The notes: a model not told the origin generated them from the letters alone. A DNA stretch of 64,000 bases from an uncultured cyanobacterium (GCA_963740315.1 CAVUDP010000003.1:288001-352000), one strand, 5' to 3'. Shown: positions 1-10,426, counted from the stretch's first letter. Translations and numbers: made by a program.

Positions 1-1
1 G

Positions 2-1825
2 TTAGCTGCCACGATGCTGACAAGCTCTATTGTAGCGGGAGGATTAGTCGGTCTAGCAATTAGTTTCCGTAATTTACCAGATGTCCGACAGCTACGTAAC
101 TTCTTTCCTTCAGAAACAACTTACATTTATGACATTAAAGGTAAGTTACTTACAAGTTTACACGGAGAAGCAAACCGCGAAGTTGTAACTAGGGGTAAAA
201 TATCTCCGGAACTAAAGCGAGCCGTACTAGCGAGTGAGGATAGCGATTTTTATTTTCACCACGGTATTAACCCCAAAGGTGTAGGACGTGCTGTTGTCAC
301 TAACTATACATCTGGTGGAGTTAGCCAAGGTGCTTCGACTATCACCATGCAGTTGGTGAAAAACCTGTTTCTTAACCAACGACGCGAATATACCCGTAAG
401 TTAGCTGAGGCAGTATTAGCAATTCGTTTAGAACAAATTCTTTCTAAAGACGATATTTTGGAAATGTACCTCAATCAAGTTTATTGGGGACATAACAATT
501 ACGGCGTTCAAACTGCCGCAGGCAGCTACTTTAACAAGTCAGCGAGCGAATTAACTTTGGGTGAATCGGCGTTGATGGCTGGATTAATCCAAGCGCCAGA
601 GCAATACAGCCCATTTGTTAACATGAAAGAAGCCAAAGTTCAGCAAGAAATCGTTTTAAGACGAATGCTGAATTTAAATTGGATTGACCAAAAAGAATAC
701 GACGCTGCACTTAAGGAAAAAATTAAGCTAGGTAAAATTAGGTCTTTCCAAGGTAGTTCTTTACCTTATATTACAAATGAAGTTTCGCGAGAATTAGCTA
801 AAAAATTTGGTCGCGATGCATTGCTCAAAGGCGGTATGCGGGTACAAACTACCGTTGATATCAATTTCCAGAAAATGGCAGAAGATGTTGTCAAAAAATG
901 GCATTATCGGCTGTCGAGGCGTGGTGTATATAAAAACCAAATTGCTTTGGTAGCTGTAGATCCTCGCACTCATTACGTTAAAGCATTGGTTGGTGGTGTA
1001 GATTCCAAAAAAAGCGAATTCAACCGTGCTACCCAAGCTCAACGACAACCCGGTTCTGCTTTTAAACCGTTTGTTTACTACACTGCATTTGCTACTGGTA
1101 AGTACACCCCAAATTCAATCGTGTACGATACTCCAGTCAGCTATCGAGACGGTAGCGGTTGGTATAGACCTCGTAACTATGACAATAGTTTTGGCGGCGC
1201 AATGTCAATTCGTCATGCCTTGAAGCTGTCTCGCAATATTCCCGTGATTAAGGTTGGTAAAGCGATCGGCATGAATAAGGTAGTTGAAACTAGCCGGACT
1301 TTGGGTATCATGAGTCCGATGGAGCCAGTAACTTCTCTGCCTTTGGGTGCGATTGGAGTAACGCCCCTTGAAATGGCTTCTGCTTATGCTACTTTTGCTA
1401 ATTATGGCTGGCAGTCACCAACAACAGTAATTGCTCGCGTTACCGATAGTAGTGGTAATGTCTTACTGGATAATACGCCCAAACCGAAACTAGTCTTAGA
1501 TTCGTGGTCAGCAGCTTCTACAATCAACATTCTTCAAACCGTAGTTTCTGAGGGTACGGGTAAAAATGCAGCTTTAGGTCGTCCGACAGCAGGTAAAACC
1601 GGAACCACATCTTCAGAAAAAGATATCTGGTTTGTAGGTACGGTACCGCAGTTAACTACCGCTGTTTGGATTGGTAGAGATGACAATAAAACCTTGTCCA
1701 GGGGTGTTACAGGTGGTGGTGATGTAGCACCGATTTGGCGTGATTTTATGGTACGGGCGCTTAAAGGCGTACCAGTACAAAGTTTTAAATCGCCTTCAAA
1801 CTTTAAGCGTCCCAAGGCAAAATAA
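2..1825 (+). CDS. Class A penicillin-binding protein (PBP1A family transglycosylase/transpeptidase); 5' end probably lies before the window
   Basis: Transglycosylase motifs EDxxF and GASTITMQLVKN; transpeptidase SAFK (SxxK), SRN (SxN), KTGT; frame is open from base 2. Confidence 0.93.
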   Translation, partial: LAATMLTSSIVAGGLVGLAISFRNLPDVRQLRNFFPSETTYIYDIKGKLLTSLHGEANREVVTRGKISPELKRAVLASEDSDFYFHHGINPKGVGRAVVTNYTSGGVSQGASTITMQLVKNLFLNQRREYTRKLAEAVLAIRLEQILSKDDILEMYLNQVYWGHNNYGVQTAAGSYFNKSASELTLGESALMAGLIQAPEQYSPFVNMKEAKVQQEIVLRRMLNLNWIDQKEYDAALKEKIKLGKIRSFQGSSLPYITNEVSRELAKKFGRDALLKGGMRVQTTVDINFQKMAEDVVKKWHYRLSRRGVYKNQIALVAVDPRTHYVKALVGGVDSKKSEFNRATQAQRQPGSAFKPFVYYTAFATGKYTPNSIVYDTPVSYRDGSGWYRPRNYDNSFGGAMSIRHALKLSRNIPVIKVGKAIGMNKVVETSRTLGIMSPMEPVTSLPLGAIGVTPLEMASAYATFANYGWQSPTTVIARVTDSSGNVLLDNTPKPKLVLDSWSAASTINILQTVVSEGTGKNAALGRPTAGKTGTTSSEKDIWFVGTVPQLTTAVWIGRDDNKTLSRGVTGGGDVAPIWRDFMVRALKGVPVQSFKSPSNFKRPKAK

Positions 1826-1999
1826 TTTTGAAAAAGTATGGATGTTAGGAGTTAGGAGTTTATCTTTTAACTCTTACTTCTATTTTGCTGAATCTAGGAA
1901 GTAGGGAGTAGGGAGTAGGGAGCAGGGGGAGAAGAAATTACGTCAGTAATCTTAGAGCGGATTGGAAGTTACTGACAACTTGATTTCTCATAATTTGAT

Positions 2000-2323
2000 T
2001 TAAGGATTTCTTTCTAAATCGGCTTTCATTCGCTCTAAGGTAAGATTCATTTGGTCAAACATTTGTTGGGGAGTTACCCCAAATTGATTTAATTGAGTTT
2101 TTAGTTGCTCAACTGTCATTTGCGCCATAAAATCGGAAGATAGCTCGAAGCGCTTCATAAATACTCGGTAGCGCTCCATCATAGCTTCCATCTGACTAAT
2201 AAAAAGTTTTTTACCTTCACGGTCAAATTTACCGTAACTATTACCAAGCACAATTAAGGCTTGATAATCTTCAAATAACTTTTTCGCTTCTTGCTGAACT
2301 ATGTCGGAGTCGAAGAATCCCAT
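2000..2323 (-). CDS. Conserved cyanobacterial protein, DUF1825-like
   Basis: 107-aa ORF MGFFDSDIVQQEAK...GKFDREGKKLFI, recognised as a conserved cyanobacterial family. Confidence 0.8.
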   Translation of the reverse strand: MGFFDSDIVQQEAKKLFEDYQALIVLGNSYGKFDREGKKLFISQMEAMMERYRVFMKRFELSSDFMAQMTVEQLKTQLNQFGVTPQQMFDQMNLTLERMKADLERNP

Positions 2324-2892
2324 ATTACTTGTATTTAAATGAGTACTGTGACTTAATATATTGTTACTTAACCTGTTAGTTTTATTTTAGTCTACGCAAC
2401 TAATAAGCGGAAGCTGAATCTAGAGATCGGGTTTTCTATTTAAACTCTTTACAGGTAGGTAAAGAATATTTGAATTCCTTGAAGATAAATCCAATTAAAC
2501 TTTTTAAGTAAAGTCTTTTTTCCTTAACTCTATTTTATCGTTAAAAATTAATCTATCTTTGAAACGAAACAACGCTATACATATCTGTTTTAGATTGCTG
2601 ATATATTAAGGCAGATATTAAATAAAACCTTATGTATTTCTTTTTACATTAGATGTTCGTATATTTCCTAAAGCGTAAGAGGTAATAAATTTAATTAACG
2701 AAAGTAGTTTTTCTTCTTCGATAAATAAAAATAATTCATAGGTGGCACAATTGAAACGAAATCAAAAATGCTGAATTAAGCAAGATATTTTGTTAATATA
2801 ACCTTCTTGGTTTGCTACTTGTTCTGTATTTATTTAAATAACCAAGAACCGGCTGTGTAATTTAATTTGGTAATTATAAATAATTTAGGAAT

Positions 2893-3264
2893 ATGTTTGC
2901 CAAAAATAAAAGCCGAAGTATTGCTGCAATTTTAGCCTTATCTGGTGCGGTAACAATCTCAGGTTTGCATAAGTTTTATTTAGGGCAGCCAATATGGGGA
3001 ATACTTTATGTTTTACTATCTTGGACACCCATACCCAAAGTAGCTTGTGCTATTGAGGCTGTTTGGTATTTAGCCCAAGACGAAGAGACTTTTGACCGGA
3101 ATTTTAATTCAGGTAAGTCAGCAAAACCAATTTTCATGAATAAAGCTTCGGGAGTCGGAGCGCTTGCAGAAGCTTTACGGGAATTAGACGCTTTACGTCA
3201 AGATGGATTAATTTCCGAGTATGAATTTGAACAAAAGCGCCGTCAACTTGTAGATAGTGATTAG
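2893..3264 (+). CDS. TM2/NINE-domain membrane protein with C-terminal SHOCT domain
   Basis: GLHKFYLG TM2 motif; C-terminal LRELDALRQDGLISEYEFEQKRRQL SHOCT motif. Confidence 0.85.
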   Translation: MFAKNKSRSIAAILALSGAVTISGLHKFYLGQPIWGILYVLLSWTPIPKVACAIEAVWYLAQDEETFDRNFNSGKSAKPIFMNKASGVGALAEALRELDALRQDGLISEYEFEQKRRQLVDSD

Positions 3265-3360
3265 TTACCAGTTACCAGTTACCAGTTACCAGTCACCAGT
3301 TAAGAGTTACGAGTTTAAAAGTATCTCCCCCCTCTACCCCCTCTACCCCCTCTACCCCTC
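3265..3360. repeat. STRR-type short tandem repeats (AGTTACC, then CCCCCTCTA units)
   Basis: Directly visible tandem heptamers and nonamers. Confidence 0.85.
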
Positions 3361-3369
3361 AATCTCGCC

Positions 3370-3910
3370 ATGAACCCAAACTGGCTACCTCGAATCAATC
3401 CCAGATTGCAAAAACTGCGAACAAAACTGCTTACCGACCCTTATTATCGATTAAAATCGGGGGAAGAAATTGCGAATCGCCGTTGAAGTTGGCATTCTGA
3501 TTGACGCGAATCAAGCTACTGTTGATGATTGGTTGCGTTTGCCCGGTTTATCCATTCATCAAGCGCGAACTCTTGTAGAACTGGTAATGGCTGGTGTTAA
3601 ATTTTACTGCATAGAAGATATTGCAGCAGCTTTGAGTTTACCGGCACAGCGGTTAAAACCCTTAGAAATAATTTTAACTTTTGGTTATTATGATGACCAA
3701 TCTTTAGATACTATTACTTATGTGGTGAATCCTAATACCGCTACAGTTGAAAGTTTGTTAAAAGTACCTTTTATCGATTCTTCCTTAGCGCAAGCGGTAG
3801 TTGATAATCGTAGCTTCGATGGTCCCTATCGTAATATAGTTGATTTTCAAAAGCGGTTGAAGCTCTCCGGTGAAACGCTGGCTCAATTAATGTATTATTT
3901 GCGTTTTTAA
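3370..3910 (+). pseudogene. comEA: ComEA-family helix-hairpin-helix DNA-binding protein with a +1 frameshift at ~3475 (pseudogene or sequencing error)
   Basis: ATG at 3370 reads MNPNWLPRINPRLQKLRTKLLTDPYYRLKSGEEIA and stops at 3484-3486; the HhH part (IDANQATVDDWLRLPGL, VNPNTATVESLLKVPFI) continues in the next frame; removing one A from GCGAATCGC (3472-3480) joins the two. Confidence 0.75.
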
Positions 3911-3935
3911 GGGAACAGGGAACATTCGGAGATGG

Positions 3936-3963
3936 GGAGTACTTCGACAAGCTCAGTAACCTT
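3936..3963. repeat. Small dispersed repeat GGAGTACTTCGACAAGCTCAGTAACCTT, copy 1
   Basis: Identical 28-mer at 29831-29858. Confidence 0.85.
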
Positions 3964-4137
3964 TGGGGAGATGGGGAGATGGGGAGATGGGGAGATGGGG
4001 AGATGGGGGACAAGGGGAAAATTAATCGCAATCAACAACTAAAACTAATATCTGACAACTAACTTTTAATAATTTAATTTAAAATGCAAAATCAAATAAC
4101 TCCTAATTCCTAACTCCTAACTCCTAACTCCTAACTC
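3964..4137. repeat. STRR tandem repeats (GGGGAGAT and CTCCTAA units) between convergent genes
   Basis: Directly visible. Confidence 0.85.
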
Positions 4138-4701
4138 TTAAATAGTACCAATTCTATCGAGAGGCCAAAAGCGAAAGGATGCTTTACCAATCATATTTGT
4201 TTTCGGTAAAAAGCCCCAGTAACGAGAGTCATTACTATCATTACGATTATCGCCCATCATAAAATATTGGTTCTCCGGAACTTTTACCAATGGGAAAGGC
4301 TTTACTGATGGTTCTTTTATATAATTCTCTTGCAAAAGATTATCGTTAACATAAACCTTACCGTCATCAATTTTAATTGTGTCTCCGGGAGTACCAATTA
4401 CACGCTTAATAAAAGCTTGGTCTTCGGAATAGCCGCGACGCTGTAATTCTGGTGGTGGTTGAAAAACTACGATATCGCCAAATTTAGGGGAATTAAATCT
4501 GTAGGAAATTTTTTCAACTACTAATCTATCGCCTGTATGTAAAGTTGGTAGCATCGAATCTGAAGGGATGTAGCGGGGTTCGGCGACAAAAGTCCGAATG
4601 AAGAATGCTAATACCAAGGCGATCGCAATTAGAATTAGATTTTCTCTTAAGCTACGCCATGCTTTTGATGACCTAACTTGTGCATCAGTTTCCTGAGTCA
4701 T
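4138..4701 (-). CDS. lepB: Signal peptidase I
   Basis: N-terminal TM helix; IPSDSMLPTL (catalytic Ser), FIKRVIG (catalytic Lys), GDNRNDSNDSR box. Confidence 0.95.
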   Translation of the reverse strand: MTQETDAQVRSSKAWRSLRENLILIAIALVLAFFIRTFVAEPRYIPSDSMLPTLHTGDRLVVEKISYRFNSPKFGDIVVFQPPPELQRRGYSEDQAFIKRVIGTPGDTIKIDDGKVYVNDNLLQENYIKEPSVKPFPLVKVPENQYFMMGDNRNDSNDSRYWGFLPKTNMIGKASFRFWPLDRIGTI

Positions 4702-5051
4702 GTAGTTTTTTAGCTATTATTACAACAATTTGACAAATAATATAAAGTTTGAAAGCTCCACAGGTTTGGTATGAGCATAAATCGTTATGTAGCGAACAAA
4801 TATTATAGATAAATATAAATTCTAGATCGTATTCAATCATTGCAATTATAAAGCAATATTTAAGACTATTTTTAGTTTTGCTTGTGAGTGTTTAAAAGTT
4901 TTTCTCAAATTGAGTATGTAGCTCCGTTAGTTTGCTTTTGTTTGGCTTGAGACTTTTTCTAACAACAAATACGGGTTTTGTGATTTAGTTAGCGAATTTT
5001 TCTAAGTATACAAATTATATTAAGTCTCAAAAGTTACTACAAGCACCAGCA

Positions 5052-6146
5052 ATGAAGCATTTGAATCCCTTTATTGCAGGTCCGATGCTGCAATACCCCG
5101 AACAGTTCGTAGGTCGCAAACAGGAATTGCGAGCGATTATCAGTAGGATGGAGGGTTCGCAGCCAACAAGCTTAAATATTGTTGGCGAACATCAAATTGG
5201 AAAGTCTTCTTTACTGTATTACTTCTTTCTAACTTGGGAACAGCGAGTTTCACAGCCACAAAGTTATGTGGTTATTTATCTATCGCTACAAAATGCCAAT
5301 TGTCAAAAAGAGAAAGATTTTTATCAAGCGATAGCACAAAAGCTTTTAAATTGCCCTAGAGTTAGAGAAAAAAATAACTTAGTTAGATTATTACAACAAA
5401 CGCCTTTTAAACCTTTCCAAAAAAAGCCTTTTGAACTCGATCGTACAGCATTTTCACGAGCAATAGAAGAGTTTGAAAAGCAGGGTTTGCTACCAGTTTT
5501 GTGTTTGGATGATTTTGAAAGTCTTTTTGCTAGCAGAGACGAAGAACGAAAAGAATTTGATAACGGTTTTTATGATAACTTACGCTCTCTGATGGACGAT
5601 AGCGTATTGATGCTGATCTTAACTTCCTGTAAAGCTCTTGAAGCTTATAAACAAGAATGCCGTTTTGTTTCTAGTTTTTTCAATGTTGGTCATGTTATCG
5701 AGCTAGGAGAATTAACTACTGACGAGGCAATTGCACTGACACGTTTACCTAGTAATTATTTAGGAAATACAACTGCATTAACAGAAGAAGAACAAAAATT
5801 AGCTCAACAATGGGGTAAGCGTCATCCTTATTTTCTACAACTGGCTGGCTATTATTTGTATGAAGCTCGTCAAAATGGAAAAGATTTTAAATGGGCTAAG
5901 AAACAGTTTGAACGTCAGGTTGAGATATATAACTCTAAATTAACGAGATTTAAGCTAAATAAATTACCGCTATGGAATGGAATACTGTCTCTTGGTCGTT
6001 TAATCAGATGGATTGGGCATAGTTGGGACGATATGAAAAACGGCGTTTTTGGTCTTAGTTTTCTGATTATCGTAATACTTAGTTTGGCTTTTCGCGAACA
6101 AATTCCTATTATTATCCAAAAGCTTTTAGAACAACTAACTAAATAA
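5052..6146 (+). CDS. STAND-like/AAA P-loop ATPase with C-terminal TM helix
   Basis: NPF..G...FVGR lead-in, Walker A GEHQIGKS, Walker B LCLDDFE, HPYFLQ motif, hydrophobic C-terminus. Confidence 0.85.
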   Translation: MKHLNPFIAGPMLQYPEQFVGRKQELRAIISRMEGSQPTSLNIVGEHQIGKSSLLYYFFLTWEQRVSQPQSYVVIYLSLQNANCQKEKDFYQAIAQKLLNCPRVREKNNLVRLLQQTPFKPFQKKPFELDRTAFSRAIEEFEKQGLLPVLCLDDFESLFASRDEERKEFDNGFYDNLRSLMDDSVLMLILTSCKALEAYKQECRFVSSFFNVGHVIELGELTTDEAIALTRLPSNYLGNTTALTEEEQKLAQQWGKRHPYFLQLAGYYLYEARQNGKDFKWAKKQFERQVEIYNSKLTRFKLNKLPLWNGILSLGRLIRWIGHSWDDMKNGVFGLSFLIIVILSLAFREQIPIIIQKLLEQLTK

Positions 6147-6154
6147 ACAAAACT

Positions 6155-8653
6155 ATGACTCAACCAATTTCTACAGTTAAATTATGGAATGATTTAGCTG
6201 AATGTGTTCGTATTCTATACTGGGCTTATTTTAAACCTTACACATTCGCTAACTGGTTGCGAGATATTCATCCGGAACTAAAAGCAATAGATAATCCATT
6301 TAAAATGAAGGCTGAATTTAACAGCAATCCTCGTCTGCATCGTTACGCAGAACAGGTTTGGTGGATAACTGCCATCGTACCAACTTTAATAGTATTATTG
6401 CCAGGGCTTATTTACACTATCATCAGCCAAGAATTAAAGTCTATATTGCCAAATAGTTTCTTTTTTCTATTTGGTTGGTGGATTGGTTTGTTAGTGGCTC
6501 GTAGCGGGCATAAAAACCTAGAAAAGTTTGTCGAGCTATCGTTTTGGATTTGTTTTCTTTTTGTTGCTATTTGTATGCTAACAGGACTAAATTTCCCATT
6601 TGATTTACAACAATTGCAACATCCTGGAACTTTAGCATTAGGAATTTGGTTGGGAGTGGCTTGGGGTGTTTCTTTGGGAATAGGTTGGGGCGTTGCCTGG
6701 GGTATAGCATGGAGCGTTTTTTTAGGTTTTTCATTTTTAAGCTTTTTATTTTTAGGCTTATCAAAAGAAGCCTTGATTCTAGCTGGGACTTTTCTTTGGC
6801 GAATTGTTTGGGTTTTAGCGTCTGGTGTGGCTTCTGGGGTAGCTTTAGGCGTTACAGCAGGAGTAGCTTTAGGTGTAGTTTCTGGTTTGCCTAATAGTAT
6901 TTGGGTATTTGCGATCGCAATATTTTTTCTTCTAATCCCAATATTTTTATATTTAATAGAAGTGCTATACATAACCCTGATATATATATTTTCTCAGTTA
7001 GGTAATGCAGCACCTTTACTTCCTTATCTCCCACCTTACTACGACGAACGAATTATTTTGCCTTTACCTTTTATTGTTCAGATAATTGTCAAAGTTCATC
7101 AACAAAAACCACTTATGGCTCGTGAGATGATTAAATACTTAATTACTTCTACAAATCAGCAACAAGTAGCGAATAAGGCAATTATACAGATTGCTTTAAA
7201 TAGTCTAAATAAATGCAAAAGTTTACGCGATATTGCAGAAGTCATAGACCAATTAGATTGGATTCCTCCTGAGTCTTCAAAAGATATTGATTGGGTAATT
7301 CGGCGCTTGCTAGATATTAGCCAAGATGTTCGCCAATCATATAAAGAAACTTCCCTTTATCTTCGGTACAAATTTTTAGAAAAACCAATCGGTTCACTAG
7401 AATCATTGTTAAATAGTATTTCTTCAATTAGAAATCCTCAGATAGCTACTAATGTAGGAAGTATTGCTCAAAATTGGAAAACAATTTTAGTTACAGCCCA
7501 AAAGACATTGAGAGAGAGTGCGGTTGACTCTAAAGAAATACGACAAGTTTACATGGCTGGATCTGCTTTAGATCCACAAACAGCAAAGCAGCGCTTCAAA
7601 GGACGGATTGATTTATTCCGCAAAATCCAAACTTCAGCACTTGAAGTCGATCCTCCTGCATTATTGCTATATGGTGGACGACGTACCGGCAAAACCTCAG
7701 CTTTAAAATACTTACCTTATAACGTAGGAGCGGATTTAATACCTTTGTTAGTAGATATACAGGGAGCATCAGCGATAACTTTAGCAGGTTTTGCAGAAAA
7801 TTTGGTACAGCAAATGACTGAAACAGCAAGACGATTACCTCTACCTCTAAACTTGCCTGTTCCCAATCAAGAAAAGCTACAAAAAGACCCATTTATTGCA
7901 TTGCAGCATTGGCTGGCAGATATAGAAAGTACTTTTCCTCGGAAGCGATTTTTATTATGTTTAGATGAATATGAGCGACTGAGCGAAATAATAGAAATAA
8001 CAGGTAGTAAAGCGCCTCTGAATTTTTTCCGTCATATTCTACAACATCGCTCTCGCTGGATTTTGTTGTTCAGTGGCTCTCATTATTTGGAAGAACTTCC
8101 CCATTACTGGAGCGATTATTTAATCAATACTCATTCTTTTTTAATTACATATTTAAGTCAGACAGAAGCCCGCGAGTTGATATTGCACCCAATAGATGAT
8201 TTCGCTGATGATATTTATGAAGATGCTGCTGTAGAACAGATTATTTATCTAACTCACTGTCAGCCTTTTTTCGTACAATTTATGTGTCATGAACTGGTAG
8301 AAACTATCAATAGCGATATTAGGGACAACCAAAGAAACATCGATACATCAAAAATCTCTCCAGCAGATGTTGAAAGGGTAATTCCCATAGTGCTTACACG
8401 AGCTGCTTCATATTTTCAGGAATTACAGAGAAGTTTTAGCGCTGAAGAACTAAATTTACTTTATCGTTTAGTTGGAGGAAAACAACCTGAATTAGAAGAT
8501 AAAGCGGATAAAACTATAGTGCGATCGCTAATTCGTAAAGAGATTTTACAAAAAGAAATTGTTAGTGTAAATGATTCGGAAACAACCCATATTAGCTTTC
8601 AAGTGCCTCTTGTCAGAAAGTATATTGAAAAATTGATAGAAGATGAGATGTGA
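6155..8653 (+). CDS. Multi-TM protein with C-terminal STAND-like/AAA ATPase
   Basis: Several N-terminal hydrophobic, Gly-rich (GVAxG) segments; FKGR, Walker A GGRRTGKTS, Walker B LCLDEYE, QPFFVQ motif. Confidence 0.85.
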   Translation: MTQPISTVKLWNDLAECVRILYWAYFKPYTFANWLRDIHPELKAIDNPFKMKAEFNSNPRLHRYAEQVWWITAIVPTLIVLLPGLIYTIISQELKSILPNSFFFLFGWWIGLLVARSGHKNLEKFVELSFWICFLFVAICMLTGLNFPFDLQQLQHPGTLALGIWLGVAWGVSLGIGWGVAWGIAWSVFLGFSFLSFLFLGLSKEALILAGTFLWRIVWVLASGVASGVALGVTAGVALGVVSGLPNSIWVFAIAIFFLLIPIFLYLIEVLYITLIYIFSQLGNAAPLLPYLPPYYDERIILPLPFIVQIIVKVHQQKPLMAREMIKYLITSTNQQQVANKAIIQIALNSLNKCKSLRDIAEVIDQLDWIPPESSKDIDWVIRRLLDISQDVRQSYKETSLYLRYKFLEKPIGSLESLLNSISSIRNPQIATNVGSIAQNWKTILVTAQKTLRESAVDSKEIRQVYMAGSALDPQTAKQRFKGRIDLFRKIQTSALEVDPPALLLYGGRRTGKTSALKYLPYNVGADLIPLLVDIQGASAITLAGFAENLVQQMTETARRLPLPLNLPVPNQEKLQKDPFIALQHWLADIESTFPRKRFLLCLDEYERLSEIIEITGSKAPLNFFRHILQHRSRWILLFSGSHYLEELPHYWSDYLINTHSFLITYLSQTEARELILHPIDDFADDIYEDAAVEQIIYLTHCQPFFVQFMCHELVETINSDIRDNQRNIDTSKISPADVERVIPIVLTRAASYFQELQRSFSAEELNLLYRLVGGKQPELEDKADKTIVRSLIRKEILQKEIVSVNDSETTHISFQVPLVRKYIEKLIEDEM

Positions 8654-8665
8654 GTTTTCCGCTCT

Positions 8666-10426
8666 TCAATTGGCATCCCTCACTACCCATCTCCGATTGT
8701 GAGCATCCCATACCAAAAAGAAACGCACCGAACTAGCAATAGTACGACCATTTTTCATTAAGTAGTTCAACGAAGCATCAACTGTAGCTGTATCTGTATT
8801 TGCTTCTAAAATGCTTATCTGCTGAACATTTACTCTTTCAACTTTTCCTCTCCACCAAGCTAGATAAGAAAAATAACCCTTTGGATGCTGCCGCTTGTTA
8901 TTTTTAAATGCGGGAGATAGCTGATTCCAAGCTGTTTTATACTGCCCTTGATTGATGTTTACATAATAATTTTCTACTATTTGCGCTGGTGATGGTTGTT
9001 CAATTGTTGGTGATGTCAATTCTCCTGGAGGAGAGAATGGAGTTTGTTGGGGAATGGGAAAAGCTGGATTGGGTTTGAGATTGGGTTTAGGTTTGGGATT
9101 GGGATTGGGATTGGGATTGGGATTGGGATTGGGATTGGGATTGGGATTGGGATTGGGATTGGGGTTGGGATTATTCGGAAGTGCGGTTAAAGGTTGTTCT
9201 ATCTTCAAGGTTACATCGGGCTGTCTGGAAGGTGGTGGAGCGATCGCTGGTGTTTTTGGTGATACGGTTGGCGTTGGCGTTGGCGTTGGCGTTGGTGTCT
9301 GAAGGGGATTTAAGTTTTCTGAAGTGCTGGGTGAAGCGGTTGGTTGCGGTTGTGTTGTAATTGTTTGAGGTTGCTTGGGTTGGTTATTCAAAGCAAAACC
9401 AATGATGATTGATGCACCAATTAAACTGCCTACAATTAAACTACCTAAAAGAATTCCTCTGCCGTTTGGGCGATCGCTCTGGGAAATTGAAGATGGTGGT
9501 GCAATCGCAATTGTACTTAAATGAGTTTGGGGTGGTAAGGTGATTCCTGGAGCAACGGTATGTGAAAAATTAGAGGAGGGCGAAGTTCTATTCGGTAAGC
9601 TTACAAGTCCACTTTGCAAAGCTTGCAGCATGGTATTGGCATTAGAAAATCTTTCTCTAGCATGAAACCCAATTGCTCTGTCTAAAATATCTGCAAAATC
9701 ATCTTTAACGGAGGGTGCATACTGTCGCCACAATATTTTACCAGTAGCAGGATCGGTGGCTAATTCTTGCGGCATTCTACCCGTAAGTAAATAAATCGCG
9801 GTCAATCCCAAACTATATATATCACTAGCAAACATCGGTCTTCCAACTGATTGCTCGGTTGACATAAACCCCGGTGTACCTATAACAATTGACTTTGTTG
9901 CATTCCCTGAAGAAGTAAACAAGGTTCCTAAACTTTCTTTGACTGCACCAAAGTCTATTAATACGGGTTTGCTATCGACATTAATTAAAATATTTTCTGG
10001 CTTGATGTCTCGATGAACAATACCTTTGGAATGGATGTAATTGAGAACTGGCAGAATACCGATTAAAATATCTTTGACAGAATTTTCATCCATCAAACCT
10101 CGTTCTTGCAGCATTTGCGTAAGAGTTTTTCCTTCAATATACTCTTGCACTAAGTAAAATTGCCCATGCTCGCTAAAATAAGCATACAATCGCGGAATTT
10201 GAGAACTACCATCACCTAGTTCTTCTAAAATCGCTGCTTCGCGTCCAAACCGCTCCTGTACTAACTGATAAACCTGTGGATTATTTTGAATTGGTCGTAG
10301 CTGTTTGATTACACAAAGGCGACGAGAAGGCATTTGAGTATCTTCTGCCAGGACAGTTTCTCCAAATCCACCGCTTCCTAAAGTCCGAATAATCTGATAG
10401 CGGTTGTTAAGCAGCATTTGTATCAA
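8666..10426 (-). CDS. Hanks-type Ser/Thr protein kinase with a TM helix, Pro-rich (PT/PN) linker and C-terminal extracytoplasmic domain
   Basis: LGSGGFG, VIK, HRDIKPEN, DFG, GTPGFM motifs; TM GILLGSLIVGSLIGASIIIGFAL. Confidence 0.93.
   Translation of the reverse strand: MIQMLLNNRYQIIRTLGSGGFGETVLAEDTQMPSRRLCVIKQLRPIQNNPQVYQLVQERFGREAAILEELGDGSSQIPRLYAYFSEHGQFYLVQEYIEGKTLTQMLQERGLMDENSVKDILIGILPVLNYIHSKGIVHRDIKPENILINVDSKPVLIDFGAVKESLGTLFTSSGNATKSIVIGTPGFMSTEQSVGRPMFASDIYSLGLTAIYLLTGRMPQELATDPATGKILWRQYAPSVKDDFADILDRAIGFHARERFSNANTMLQALQSGLVSLPNRTSPSSNFSHTVAPGITLPPQTHLSTIAIAPPSSISQSDRPNGRGILLGSLIVGSLIGASIIIGFALNNQPKQPQTITTQPQPTASPSTSENLNPLQTPTPTPTPTPTVSPKTPAIAPPPSRQPDVTLKIEQPLTALPNNPNPNPNPNPNPNPNPNPNPNPNPNPKPKPNLKPNPAFPIPQQTPFSPPGELTSPTIEQPSPAQIVENYYVNINQGQYKTAWNQLSPAFKNNKRQHPKGYFSYLAWWRGKVERVNVQQISILEANTDTATVDASLNYLMKNGRTIASSVRFFLVWDAHNRRWVVRDAN
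9062..9172 (-). repeat. In-frame hexamer tandem repeat (GGGATT on + strand) encoding (PN)n in the kinase linker
   Basis: Directly visible. Confidence 0.9.

Noticed and set aside
3771..4031. 86-aa minus-strand ORF
   Set aside because: Its N-terminus is translated STRR (SPSPHLPI) and the rest is antisense to comEA.
6412..6972. 186-aa ORF on the minus strand with TPKA repeats
   Set aside because: Antisense shadow of the Gly-rich TM region of the ATPase.
9054..9302. (GL)n/(GV)n ORF on the + strand
   Set aside because: Antisense shadow of the kinase PN/PT repeats.
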